Part shown: positions 50,885 through 64,000 of the stretch, in pieces
How the letters are laid out: the number at the start of each line of letters is the position of its first letter
Numbering within the stretch: the stretch's first letter is position 1
Assembly: GCA_032718475.1 (NCBI GenBank)
Contig: JAUCBJ010008261.1
Coordinates: forward strand, 1-64,000
Direction: 5' to 3'
DNA: 64,000 nt
Source: Nemertoderma westbladi
Taxonomy: Eukaryota; Animalia; Xenacoelomorpha
Translations under genes and position numbers: made by a program
Notes under the pieces: generated by a model
What the model was told of the DNA's origin: nothing
What the model saw: only the letters and a program-made list of their open reading frames with translations
Databases searched by the model: none

Positions 50885-51776
50885 ATGGCAACAAAGAGAA
50901 AATCACCGAATTGGTCAATGGAATAAATTGCAGTGCTTCTGCATTGCGTTCAGGAGTACAAACCAAAGCTGTTCGGTACTGCTAATAAGTCTTGTGCCGG
51001 TATCGAGAAGGTTAAAAGGAAATACTGGGCGAAAACGGCAGACAAAATTACAGCTTGTGGTGTTGGTGTGCGAGATTTAAAAATGGCCAAGAAGAAATGG
51101 CAGGATCTGTCGTCGTATGCCAGGAAGTACAAACAACATTTCAGTAGGACAGGAGGTGGACCAAGACCTGTATCCAATGCGCTGTACGAAAATGTTCTGG
51201 ATGTTGTAGTGAAGGAGATGCAAGACGGCATCGTAGGATGGTGAGTCAGGAGTGGAACCAGCGCGATCCAACCATCCAGAACATGAAAGCGATTGCAGTG
51301 ATTCTATGAGTGTTCAACTTGATGATGAGGTGAGTGAAAATGATGGCCATCATCCAGTTGCTCAATGCCAATTACAACAAACTCATGCATCATCATAGAT
51401 ATCCATGCAGGATGTTACTGCTATTAGATCAAATACTACTCCTACATTTCAGAAAAGTTCAACATCAAATAAAACCTCACTGGTAAAGGAGACAACAGCT
51501 GCTGATATCTTAGCCATAGAACGCGAGAAACTTGAAACACTGACATCTATTGATACAACATTAAAGATCCTCGCTGAAGCAATCATACAGGGCGTTGAAA
51601 ACCAAAAGAAATACTCGAACCCAGCAAATAGTAATGGCATGGTTATTAATGACCTTCCCTACTCTATGTTGTCAACCTTAAGCGCTGCAGACCTCTCATC
51701 ATCGGAATTAATGCCAGGCGAATTTGTAGCAGACACGGCGGAGATGCCTAATGGAGGCGGAAGTGGCGATGCTTAG
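50885..51776 (+). pseudogene. Harbinger Myb/SANT-like DNA-binding protein
   Basis: MATKRKSPNWSME*IAVLL...KRKYWAKTADKI...KKKWQDL...RTGGGP and a C-terminal coiled coil (ILAIEREKLETL). Internal stop plus a frame break. Confidence 0.85.
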
Positions 51777-52039
51777 TTGCCTGACTAAATAGTGAATTAG
51801 GTTCCTAATGATGTTCATTGTGCATTTTTCATATATTAGGCCTAATTTATTGTTATTACACATCGCCGGTCGAGCCGATCAAAGTATACAAATTACTTTT
51901 AACCCCTCCCACCCAAACCCACCCCATTACTGAAGTAGTTCTGTGAGACATTCAACAATCTGAAATTATAATTAATTATTTATTTTAAGTCATATTTATT
52001 TGACGGGAACCGACTTTCAGTAAATTATATACAGTATAT

Positions 52040-52716
52040 TTCCATTTGGATTTATGGAAATCCATGAATTATAAGTAATATTGAACTTACGAGAACTGGT
52101 GGTAAATACGAAGTTATCGTTGACACTTCCTGGCCAACGTGCAACTACATTTTCGATAACGTAATTTGCTTTGCAAATTAATTGCACATTAATTTAATGA
52201 ACTCCCTTTCGGTTTATGTAGAACGGTTCAGAATCATTCAATGGTGCCTTATACAAACGAACATGAGTACAATATCAATCGCTCCAAGAACACCGGGCAT
52301 GTTGCACAAAGAATAGAAACCATGTTTCACCGTAAGTATATCACTTTCACTGGTTGGGAATTTTACACAGTTATTCAATTCGCCCATTATAACGGATGTC
52401 ACTCTGCTCACAACTTTGCACACTGTAGACCGCTCTACTCCAAAAATTTCTCCAAACACATTATGATGGGTTCCAGTGGCATAGAATCGCAACGTAATCA
52501 TCAAACTAGAAGGAAGGGCATAATTTCGTTTGGTCTTGTATTCCAATTTTTCTCCAAAAGTATCAAGCAACTTAAAAATTCCATCGCGAATCTGTAATTT
52601 TGAAGAATTTCTCTGTCGTTTAGAGTATCTAAAGGATTTCTTCTATCTCGAAAGAATCTTTCTCTTCGAGCGGCTCTGTTAGATTCACATTCTAAGAACA
52701 ATACAAAGCTCGCCAT
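52040..52716 (-). pseudogene. Harbinger (HARBI1-like) DDE transposase, frameshifted and 3'-truncated
   Basis: FRDRRNPLD..NYRF, LRFYATG, MPGVLGAID, YINRKG, NVQLIC, VVARWPGSVND. Confidence 0.9.
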
Positions 52717-53889
52717 TTTAAAGATATAAAATTTCGTTTAGGGCAGACTACAATGTTATAACAATTAGTATGTTAGTAAAGCCTTGTTGTGTTTATCGTA
52801 GCACTCTGGAATATTCAACAATACCATGGAAGCAAAGATACTAGCTTCGCTCTTTAGCATTATTTCTTTTAGTAAATGAATAATTTTCAAAATAACTACT
52901 GTAGTTGATATTCTTATTTTTTCAGTTCCGAATTTGTCGCCAATTTAAAAAATTCAAAAAAGTTAGTTTTTGGTAGCTATCCTTAAATAAAAAAATACAC
53001 ACACTCCTAAGAAATTGTCATGGAGTAGTGTTTTTTTATGTGAAAATTGTCATTCCGATATAATTTATAATTGCCTTAAAAGTTCAAACCTTCCCGCGCA
53101 AAACTGCCAGTCTTGAGTCTATGTAGATGGTTACCGGTAATAATGTCTGGCACGAAGGAAGCACACCACCAAGCTACAACTTTATTTACAGGGGTTACGC
53201 CGCTACCCCGCAATTGAATGAAAAATTAAAATAATTATTTATTACATGGGAAAAATATGTAAAATAAAAAGTAAAATAATGTAACTTTATTACTTAATTA
53301 TAAAAAATTATGTCCTAATGATTAATAAATTGTTGTAGAAATTACCATAAAAAAGCTAAACTTGCTTAAAAAATAAAAAAATGGCCACACATACGGAACT
53401 GCCTAAACATACAGAAAACATATTAATATTTAGCTATATTTACTTTGCTTTAGATAAGCTACGACACATATGTGCCGTAAATATACGAACGATTTCTAAT
53501 ACGTACGATCAATATTTACGACAACGATCGTTCGTAAAATTTTATTCACATCAGCGTATTTTAATTTTCGTCATAAAATACGATTAATCGTAAATGCTTT
53601 TATTCACAGTGCAGTAAAAATATTTTGTTTTTACGAACAATATCATTCGTAAATATATTTAAGATTAATCGTAACATGATACGATTTATCTTAAAGTTAT
53701 ATTCACACTCGCCCTGACCCCATAAAAAATACTAGCTAACACAAATCAAAATTACTAGCTACCATCTAACTGGCAGAAGGATAAATATTAGTCCAGAACA
53801 AAAAAACTTATGATAAAAGCTATTTTCATATGAATAAATTTGGTCAAAAAGTGGGTACCCATAACATAGTAATGCCGTTATATTATATA

Positions 53890-54764
53890 CACCATGTCCC
53901 GTAATATAGTGTCATTTTCAGATGACACGGACCCCCCCCAAATTTTTCTACAAATCTTTATCATATTGCTTGAAATTTGAAACACAACTAGTTCCACTCA
54001 CCGTCGATGACCCCATGGAGCCGGAATTTTGGATTTTGCCTTTAAATTTTTTTTATAAGCAATTTAAAAATGTGTCTTTTGCGAAATCGCACCCTCCGTA
54101 TCGTGGCCATTCTTCACATTAGTCGTATTTTTTATATCATTAAAAAGCTTGCGTTGCAAGGATTCCAAATATGTAACAATATCTGAATTTCGTTGAGAAA
54201 CAGCTGAGATATGGGCGTTCAAAGATTGCAAAAAATATCGTTCGCTGAAGGCCATTTATTCTATTTAATAAATACACAAAATTCTAGAATGTGTTATTTA
54301 TTTTATAAGTTGGTTGGCAACAACGGTATTCCTATTCAATAAGTCTATTGCGTAGCTATTCATACTTAAACAAAATGTTCCAGAACATTGTGTATTTATT
54401 AAAGAGAATAAATGACCTTCAGCGAACGATAATTCTTGCAATATTTGAACACCTATATCTCAGTTGTTTCTCAACGAAATTCAGATATTGCTACATATTT
54501 GGAATCCTTGGAACGCAAGCTTTTTAATGATATGAAAAAATTACGACTAAAGTGAAGAATGGCTACGATACACTTTTTTAAAACGCTTATAAAAAAAATT
54601 TAAAGGCAAAATCGAAAATTCCGGCTTCATGGTAACAACCACGGTGAGTTGAACTAGTTGTGTTTCAAATTTCAAACAATATGATAAAGATTTGTAGAAA
54701 AATCTGGGGGGGGGGGGGGGGGTCCGTGTCATCAGAAAATGAGACTATATTACGGGACATGGTT
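53890..54764. mobile_element. Palindromic Tc1/mariner-like MITE
   Basis: TA-flanked; CACCATGTCCCGTAATATAG... mirrored by ...CTATATTACGGGACATGGT. The arms are inverted over almost the full length. Confidence 0.75.
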
Positions 54765-55254
54765 TAATTAAGCGACATAATGTAACGAATAACAGACAAT
54801 GATTCAAAAGTCAAGATATTGAATGACGAAGTCCGCACAGTGATGGGCAAACAGGAACCAAGTTTGTTTGACATATAATGGCGAAACCGTCATATCACAA
54901 CATAAGTTTGATTCTATCAACGATGAAGAATCACCCGTCATTTATCGTCATCATCATCTGTGGAACGTCAGCGAAAATTATTAGTTATGCAGATATGAAA
55001 CTTTACTAGAAGAATATCCGTAAAAATGCTGCAATGTTATAGTGTGAAGGCCTACTATATATAACATTTATATGCGGGGGGGGGGGGGGGGGGGGGGTCT
55101 ATAGTTTCTTTTGGTCTGTTATCTTACTCTCGATCAACCATTTAGCTAAAAATATATCATATCAAATATATTAAAATAAATCCAAAACTAAGTTAATCTA
55201 ACCAATAAGGTAAAATACTATTGTTTTCTGCTTTCGCCGTCGATGTAAAATAAA

Positions 55255-56445
55255 TACAATAACTATTTACATCATTGTGTGCAAAGTAGCACTTTGCAGC
55301 GTTATGACCCGAGTTTATTTATGTACCGAGCGAGCGCAGCGAGGGAGGTTTCCATAAATAAACAAGGGTCTTTAACGCTGAAAAGCGACCTTTGCATACA
55401 ATGATGTATGTAATTTTGTTACTTATGTCAACTTATCAGTGTTCGGTATGTGAAGAAAGGATTTTATGGATGCTCATTTATCATATATAATCATTTACTA
55501 TTTGGAATGTTAGTGAAAATTATTAACAGGTACCGGTACTATACATTTATATATAATTAAAGTTTATTGGAAGTTATTTCCTGCTTGGATGTGATAAGTC
55601 TGTGTCTGAGTACGTCTGAGTCCGTTCAGTTTTACTGACCACTGTCGCCATATTTTCTTTGCTAATTTTCTCTAAAATGTCTAAACAGTCTTAGACGTTA
55701 ACAATTATTTACATAGGCCTACAGTAGCTAGTCCCGTCACTGCAAACTGGACGCACGCAATATGCAAACACGTGCTGCTTGATTGAATAAAGAAGCACGC
55801 ATTAACATACATGAAAATAATACATTCTGGAATACGGTAATTGAAGTTGTTTCCATGTTATTGATTACTTTGCAGCGTTCCGTCCTATAGGCTGCAACGC
55901 TGCAAAGTAGTACTTTGCACCGTTACGAGTAATTCACCAGAACGCTGTTAAGTTGACATAATGTAACAAAATTGAATTTAAAATTTAATTTTGTAATGAT
56001 GCATTGCATTGCATAATGTAATGCAGAATGTATTATTACCATTTATGTTAATGAGTGCTGCTTTATTATCCAGTTTGTAGTGACGGGACTAGCTACTGTA
56101 TGTAAATAATTGTTTAACGTGTACTGTAATCCATTATGGCGAAACGTCCAATAGAAAACACTAAAATGACCAAAGAAAATGGCGACAGTGTTCAGTAAAA
56201 TTGAATGAATAACGGACACAGGCGGAGATTGCTTCAGTCGACTATAGTAAGATGGATTAACGATTTATCACATCCATGCAGGGGATTACTTCCAATAAAC
56301 TTTAATTAGATTTAGATGTATAATTAATACTGTTAATAAAATTCACTTATATTCGATATAGTACATGATTAAAATGTATAAATGAGCATCCATAAAATCC
56401 TTTATTTACATACCGAACGCTGATAAGTTGACATAATGTAGCAAT
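55255..56445. mobile_element. Foldback non-autonomous element with hairpin modules
   Basis: 55423-55800 is the reverse complement of ~55990-56437. Hairpins at 55270-55410 and 55866-55910. Confidence 0.6.
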
Positions 56446-56499
56446 CTAAAAAAAACCGAATACCTAATAATCTCAAGAAAATATGACACTTACAACGAT

Positions 56500-57150
56500 G
56501 TATTAATTAGGAATACGGCAATTACACGGGCTCAACACACGAAGTTCTTAGGAATATGGATTGACAAGAAATTTATCATGGAAAACCAACTGCTCATACG
56601 TACTAAAAAAGATCTCAAAATCAATCGGTATATTTTTTAAACTACGTTATATACTGCCCACGCACATATTAACACAACTATACTACACACTAACCCACCC
56701 CTACATAACATACGGCCCAGTTATATATGGGGCAAACGCACACCAAGAGTACATTAACCCAATCAAAATCAAAATTAACAAAATACTAAGAGCAATAACG
56801 TTCAACCATTACCGAGCACATGCTCCACCCATCTATAAACAACTTAACACATTGCCAGTCGATAAACAACATCAACTAGATTCAGCCAAACTAATGTGGG
56901 AAATCTATAATAATAAAAAAAACAATTTATTACAACTCATTTCCAACAAACATCTATAGTACACACATACAATACCCGATCGACCACAAACAAAAATTAT
57001 TTCATACCACGCACACACCTACTACAAACACAACAATCTCTAAAATACCACGGTTCCGTCATCTGAATTCACTGTCTAACGATCTGAAACAATCCAAAAC
57101 AAAATAATACGTTTGCAAAAAACTATAAAATATACTTAATGAATACTATA
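56500..57150 (+). pseudogene. 3' fragment of an L2/CR1-group LINE RT (Crack/Daphne-like)
   Basis: KFLGIWID.., LSWK, KKISKSIGIFFKLRYILP, LYYTLTHPYITYG, HTYNTR; frameshifts present. Confidence 0.8.
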
Positions 57151-58976
57151 AGCACTTAATACAGTAATCAGTTTCTCCTACCTTTACCTTTACCTTCCAC
57201 TTCTACCTTTATATCTATAATACTGTGTAATATTGTAATATAATCCGCGAATACTAAAAAAATTAAAAAAATTTACTGGCTAAGCAAATGAGTATCCCGA
57301 CGGTTGTCCCAACCCCCCCCCCCCCCCCCCCCCCCCCCGATCACAGTGCTTAGACTGCACAATACTAGTAATGCTACTGCGCAGTCTAGTCACGCAAGAA
57401 ATTAGCCTTCAAAAAAATAAACAATCGGTCTAGTTAATCCAAAACAAAATGTACACGTAACGCAACAGTACCAGTTTTATTATTATCATTTAACTAAATG
57501 TGCGGTATTATTGAAAAAGATCGGCCTTCTCAATTAAAAGAGCTCTTATATCCAATACAGTTGTTCATCGGGTCAAAATATTGGCCAAAAATATTGAACA
57601 GTATGCCAATAATTAAACTTTTGGCCAATCTTTGACAAAATTTGGATATTTTTGACAATTTTTAAATACTTATAACTCTGTTTCTTTTAAATAGAACGAA
57701 ACCGTTCCACTTGCGTAATATAGAGGGAAGGTGGGAGTTCCATTACTGTTATTGATATTGTGCGTTGCCTGAATATTAAGGGCCGGAAATTGGGGCCAAA
57801 TAATGGTAATTTTGGTAATTGACAAAATAGGTTTTGGTAGAAAGTGGTTTTCTCCAAATTATGTCATTATATTTGTCTGAAACGTTAACATCACAGATGG
57901 AAAATATAGCTCTACATTTTATCAAATTAATGTTAATGCAAAAAGTATTTGCTTACTGTAGTAAATAAGGGCTAAACTTAAGAAATCTGTATTTTCTGGA
58001 AATTTAGCCCAAAATTAGGTACTCAAAATGCCATATATATCGGCTTAAATTGCATTTTTCCGTAAATCCTTCAAATTATGTAGTTTCTTAGAATTCCTTT
58101 GGGCACATCTGTGCCAAATTTCATGAAAATCTGAGCAAGTTAAGTATTTTTGGAAGTTTGGCAAATTTTGGCCAAAAATATATTTTCACTTTTAAATTTG
58201 TTTTTATTTTAGACTCAGATTACATCAAATTATACTATTTAGGTACATCCGTGTGCTGAATCCGAATATGCACGCCATTTTCGATTTCGACACTGTGTGT
58301 AGGTATGACAGACTAATAAAAAAAGTCCGTTAAATTACCGTCTTTTTGAAAGTTTGAGCTGTAGTTTAAAAACTTCCTAGCAATTATATTTTCTAAAACT
58401 GTGCTCAATTAAAGAACGTTTTAGGGTAAGAAATGACACTGGCAACAATTTATATGAGTTGGCCCAACCCACCCAATTTTACTCCAAACCGTCAAATTTT
58501 CACTGATTTTAACGAAATGAACCAATTTTCACCAAAAAATTACATATTTATCAAAAATAAAAGCAACTTCTTAGAAATTATATTTTTGTAACTTTGGTCC
58601 TTTTATAGAACATGATAGTAGAACAAAATTGACATAAAATAATATTCAGAAATTTTAAAGAGTTGCCTGAACCTGGTCAATTTTGTGGTCAAATCTGGAT
58701 TACGTAGCCACAAATTGACAATTCCCGGCACTTAAACTCTTATAGTTTAAAAATCATACCAAATATAAATATTTTGAGTATAGTAATTGTAAAATTGCTA
58801 TTTTGTTGTATTACTTAAACACTTTAAAATTTCCTCCATCAGTCCATTTAAATATCATACCATATGGCCTACATCATACACATACCCAACCAATGCTACA
58901 GCTCTAGCCAATAACAGATAGTTTGTATCCTAGGATGGTGACACTTCTTGTAGTGTGAGGCAAGGTTAATGACGAC

Positions 58977-60219
58977 TGGCGACTCGCCCTCGCGCCAGCA
59001 GATGATAGTGGCAATGGTGGAATTGGTCTTTTGATGAATCCAACTGCACATGCAGCATTGGACAAAATAGACCAAATCTCTAACCGCATCATCCGTTGCC
59101 ACTTCTCATGTTCTGGAAGACTGGCTAAGAAGTTTCCTAAGGTGGTTCTGATTGTGTGCTACTCTCCAACTAGTGTTGCCCCTGTAGATGAGGTATAAAA
59201 TTTCTACCACAATCTACAAGCAGCTACTGATGGAGTAGATCAGCATGCATTCTTAGCATTCCTGGGAAACTTTAATGCAAGTCTACATCAATCACCTACA
59301 TCGCCCTGGGTCTATAGCAATAGTGTTAACCGAAATTCTGTCCATCTTCAGGATTTTATCTCTGGAAATGGATTGTTTTCGGCTGGAACCCAGTTCAAGA
59401 AGCGAACTGGAAAGCTATGGACTCATAGTGGACCCAGTGGTTACAAGTCCCAGATAGACCATATTCTGTTTCGTAGGAAATACAGGAGCTCTATACAAGA
59501 CTGTAATGCATTTACACTTCGACCCTTCTCTAGTGATCACCGCCTTATTGTGGCCAAGGTAAGACTTAGTCTGCGTGCCAGCAGAACAACGAAATCTGCC
59601 TTGCCGCGGCATGACTGGTCCTCTCTGTTGCAACAGCCAAGTGTGAGATCCAGCTTCACACTACAGCTGAGCAACAGGTATGAGGTTCTTGCCTCTGAGG
59701 CGGCAGATCACTGTGAGGGCTATACTGCCTTCACAGAAGCAGTTAAGTTAGCAGCTGCGGAAACAGTTCCTGTATACCCTCGAAACAGGAAAAGGGCCCC
59801 CTGGACTGACAACAAAATTCAGAAGTGCCGAAATGACCTTCATAAGGCGCAGAAAGAGTCCAGACTCAAACAGACTACAGCGGCCAAGAATGCAGTTAAG
59901 GCTGCATCTAGGTCCCTGAACAGGCAGTACTCTGTTAATCTACAGGAGCTAATAAACCCACAGGTTGATGCCATCAATGATGCTGACGACAGCAGGCAAT
60001 CATCCCAGGCATGGAAATCGATCAATTTGCTTACTGGGCGGATAAGCCAACCAACCACCAAGGTTAAGGCTGAATCACCAGCCGATCGCCTCAATGGTTG
60101 GAAAGCCCACTTTGAAAAGCTCCTCAATAATGACAGGGTATTGAATGATAACTTTATAGAAGTAAAAGTGTCTGAGTCTGTACTCCCAGATATTCCCATT
60201 GGCGATATCTCCTTTGCAG
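58977..60219 (+). pseudogene. RTE LINE endonuclease region, left arm of a fold-back palindrome
   Basis: CYSPT, QIDHIL, SDHRL motifs; inverted copy of 60232-61473. Confidence 0.9.
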
Positions 60220-62100
60220 CAGCCTTCACTTCTGCAAAGGAGATATCGCCAATGGGAATATCTGGGAGTACAGACTCAGACACTTTTACTTCTATAAAGT
60301 TATCAGGCAATACCCTGTCATTATTGAGGAGCTTTTCAAAGTGGGCCTTCCAACCATTGAGGCGATCGGCTGGTGATTCAGCCTTAACCTTGGTGGTTGG
60401 TTGGCTTTTTCGTCCGCAAGCAAGGTGATCGATCTCCATGCCTGGGATGATTGCCTGCTGTCGTCAGCATCATTGATGGCATCAACCTGTTGGTTTATTA
60501 GCTCCTGTAAATTAACAGAGTACTGCCTGTTCAGGGACCTAGATGCAGCCTTAACTGCTTTCTTGGCCGCTGTAGTCTGTTTGGGTCGGGACTCTTTCTG
60601 CGCCTTGTAGAGGTCATTTCGGCACTTCTGAATTTTGTTGTCAGTCCAGGGGGCCCGTTTCCTGTTTCGAGGGTATACAGGAACTGTTTCTACAGCTGCT
60701 AACTTAACTGCCTCTGTGAAGGCAGTATAGCCCTCGAAGTGATCTGCCGCCTCAGTGGCAAGAACCTCATACCTGTTGCTCAACTGTAGTGTGAAGCTGG
60801 ATTTCACACTTGGCTGTTGCAACAAAGAGGACCAGTCATGACGTGGCAAGGCAGATTTCGTTGTTCTGCTAGCACGCAGACTAAGTCTTACCTTGGCCAC
60901 AGTAAGGCGGTGATCACTGGATAAGGGTCGTAGTGTAAATGCATTACAGTCTTGTATAGAGCTCCTGTATTTCCTACAAAACAGGATGTGGTCTATCTGG
61001 GACTTGTGACCATTGGGTCCACTATGAGTCCATAGCTTTCCAGTTCGCTTCTTGAACTGGGTTCCAGCCGAAAACAATCCATTTCCAGAGATAAACTCCT
61101 GCGGATGGACGGAATTTCGGTTAACACTATTGCTATAGACCCAGGGCGATGTAGGTGATTGATGCAGACTTGCATTAAAGTTTCCCAGGAATGTTAAGAA
61201 TGCATGCTGATCCACTCCATCAGTAGCTGCTTGTAGATTCTGGTAGAAATTTTCCACCTCCTCTACAGGGGCAACACTAGTTGGAGAGTAGCACACAATC
61301 AGAACCACCTTAGGAAACGTCTTAGCCAGTCTTCCAGAACACGAGAAGTGGCAACGGATGATGCGGTTAGAGATTTGGTCTATTTTGTCCAATGCTGCAT
61401 GTGCAGTTGGATTCATCAATAGATCAATTCCACCATTGCCACTATCATCTGCTGGAGCGAGGGTGAGTCGCCAACCACCCCCCATGTCCTTAATCAGAAC
61501 CTCATCAGTCTGTCCAGTCTGCATTCGGTGCTCTTGAACACCCACTGCACTAAGAGAAAGCTTATCTGCCAAGCCAGTCAGGAGATAACTGACGCCTGTG
61601 AGGCCGATTGTGTCCGGTAATTCCACTGGCCGGACCTCCGCATTACTAATGTAATCCATAGTGGGGGGTTGGGGGGTGCTTTTTTGCCGAGTCAGCTCTC
61701 GGGGCAAATACCACACCCTGGTTTGCCATTCCACAGGGTGGGTGTCGCAATGGAGACAGATATGAGGCCCATCACCTATATCTACTCTGGCGCACATGAC
61801 CCACCATTGGCTGTGCAGCTCATCTGCTGGGTCATGCCCTGTACCCCTGCTGCCAGGTGCAGGTCGCAGTGAAGTGCACTCATAATGGACATGACAACAC
61901 TCTACTCCTGACCAGCCATTGGTAGATCACCATCTGCCTGGTCAGGCCATATACCCCTGCAGCCAAGTATATGGGTCCTTAATCCAGGACCAAGGGCGTC
62001 CTTATCCCAGAACGAAGGGGGTCCTAGTTACAGGACCAGATTTGCCCTAGTAAGAGGGTCTATGCACCTCCTTTATGCTGTATGGAGGTGGCAAGTTTTC
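60220..62100 (-). pseudogene. RTE LINE 5' portion (5' UTR + APE endonuclease), right arm; left boundary at the fold-back point
   Basis: VGVQEHR, GNGGI, CYSPT, LGNFNA, QIDHIL, SDHRL. Frameshift near 60430. The 5' boundary is approximate. Confidence 0.88.
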
Positions 62101-62699
62101 TTGATCAATGACCTAGAATACCTGACCTGACCATAATATAATACTAAAGTACTAATGAATTGATATATGAGAGAAGTGACAATTAATGTAGAAATGCACC
62201 TAAGGAATGAAGTACTTGACCAAAAACACAATATAAAACCGCAATAATGACAATAATCACTACCAACATCTGACTAATCTAGGTATCACCTTCACCTGTT
62301 ATACACAAATTGTTAGCTACTCTTCCCCAGCCGTGAGTGACCCTGGTATTTCCCTCAAATGTATGTACTAATAGTCTCTTTTTACCATAACAAATAATCA
62401 GATGCATTGTTCCTCTGTACGTTCATACCTTTCTTAATGGCTATGTAATCATGTCATACCATCACTCACGCTGTAGCCAATATCACATCCCCTGTTACTA
62501 CCCTTCTATTTATGTAGCTTATTGGTTTGGGATTACTTCAATAACATAGCTCCTATTAAAGCTGCTAAAAACGGATTGTTTTAAAGGCTCTGATCTGATT
62601 CTTACAGCTGATGGAAATTTGGTGAAAAAGAGAGTTAATGATGGAACCAGACGGGATGGTAACGATGGCGGTACAAATGCTTAGGAATCCAGCCCTCAA

Positions 62700-64000
62700 C
62701 CTAACTTTGGTGATGGTATTATTAGTTTAGGCTGTTATAATGTGAATGGTTGGACTGTTTTTAACAAGGAACTACGACAAAGTATTATAGGTAATGAGAA
62801 CTTAAGATATAGTGGTTGTATGTGAAACCCATCAGTCTACTAATGACGATATTTCTTTTTACTTCGATGATTTCAAGTATAAATGGTACAGTCATCCTCG
62901 CTGTACAGCACACAAAGATAGTTCGCATACGTTTGGTGGTGTTGGAATATTTGTTAAGCAAACTATGTTGGATACTAATGGGTATACAGTCCATGTTTTT
63001 GATAAAGAGATGGAAGGAATCCTAGGTATAGAATTTAGGCATAAGGCGGAAGCTCGTTCTTTTGTTCTGTTTTGCGTGTTATCTCCCGCCTGAAAACTCA
63101 GTTTATGGCCGTGATTCAAATGAATTCTACGCAAATCTGTTGGCCCGTGTTTTTACTGCTGCAGATGAAGTAGATCACATACTTATAGCTGGCATACTTA
63201 TATACTAGCATACTTATATACTAAACAGTAGAATCGGTAATCTAACAGATGTAATTGCCGGTATTGATGAAGTTGCAGTTGAACGTCGAGCTATAGATAC
63301 GGTAAAAAATCATCATGGTAGAAACTTTATTGAGTTTTGCAAGGAAGCGCGCGTTTGTATCTGTAATGGTAGAGGTGACCCAAGCAACGACAATTTCACT
63401 CTCGTTAACAAAAGAGGTAGCTCAGTTGTAGACTATTTTGCTGTATCGCACGACGCGCTGAAATACTGTAAAGATTTTTCTGTTCAATTGACTTCGGAGA
63501 TAATGGAGAAACACAATCTAGGTAAACTCTGCTCTGAAAAGTCTAATCCTCCAGATCATTCGCTGATTTGTATGAATTTTCAACTGCCTACTTACGTTAG
63601 TGAGTGCACAGATTTTAATCAACAACATAGTGCCGGTAATCATAGTTCTCACCGTGTTGGAAAAATCAAAACCAAAGATATTCCGGTCTCCTTTATGCAC
63701 AACGCTATTTGGTGGGGAGCGATTGAAGTTCTTTGCAGTAGATTAGAGGAATTTCGAAGCAATCAAATTAAATTAGATGATTTGTATACAGATATATGTG
63801 ACGCGATTATAGATGAAGCGAAGTCTAGCTCTATCTTTGTTACGCCTACCTCAAGCTCAATGAGAAAGAGATTTAAAGTTAGAAACCATATAAACCATAT
63901 GGTTAAACCATATTGGGACGACGAACTACATTCGGCTTGGAAGAACTACAACAATAATGAGAAGATATATACAGAAAATAAGCGCACCCATGGACTAGTC
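62700..64000 (+). pseudogene. Decayed LINE ORF2 APE endonuclease (RTE-X/CR1-like), runs off the window end
   Basis: GCYNVNGW, VVVCETH, GGVGIFVK, LNSRIG, NHHGRNFIEFC, CNGR, GSSVVDY, PDHSLI across frameshifts. Confidence 0.82.

Larger units (their letters stand above)
27709..53713. mobile_element. PIF/Harbinger transposon (copy B, decayed autonomous) hosting the nested insertions
   Basis: Same TIR; CTG at 27706-27708 and 53714-53716 (CWG-type 3-bp TSD). Contains convergent Myb/SANT-like and transposase pseudogenes. Confidence 0.9.

Noticed and set aside
57500-58860. Degenerate DNA-transposon remnant
   Set aside because: The composition is suggestive, but I could not fix a TIR/TSD pair.
59840-60439. 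199-aa ORF with internal symmetry as a new protein
   Set aside because: It is a by-product of reading through the LINE palindrome.

Overview
AT-rich eukaryotic (probably invertebrate animal) DNA made almost entirely of nested transposable elements and satellites; I can support no host gene. The centrepiece is a 21-kb BEL/Pao LTR retrotransposon (28031-49037; ~1.15-kb LTRs, AGCAG TSD). It carries a non-env extra ORF of ~1417 codons with a DEDDy-like 3'-5' exonuclease, three Cys/His knuckles and a basic tail. It lacks a recognisable tRNA primer-binding site, and the 11 nt after the 5' LTR are instead the exact reverse complement of a sequence inside the LTR (Tf1-like self-priming candidate). 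It is the third layer of a five-layer nest: Harbinger > 9-bp-TSD foldback MITE > BEL > piggyBac > MITE. The window also holds a 5'-truncated CRE-like RT/RLE retrotransposon in a 28-bp satellite, a 9.6-kb long-TIR element (8-bp TSD) splitting a 52-bp satellite, a tandem Harbinger dimer, piggyBac-, Kolobok- and Tc1-like MITEs, a fold-back palindrome of an RTE LINE, and further LINE fragments. All family calls come from motif recognition by eye; no searches were run.
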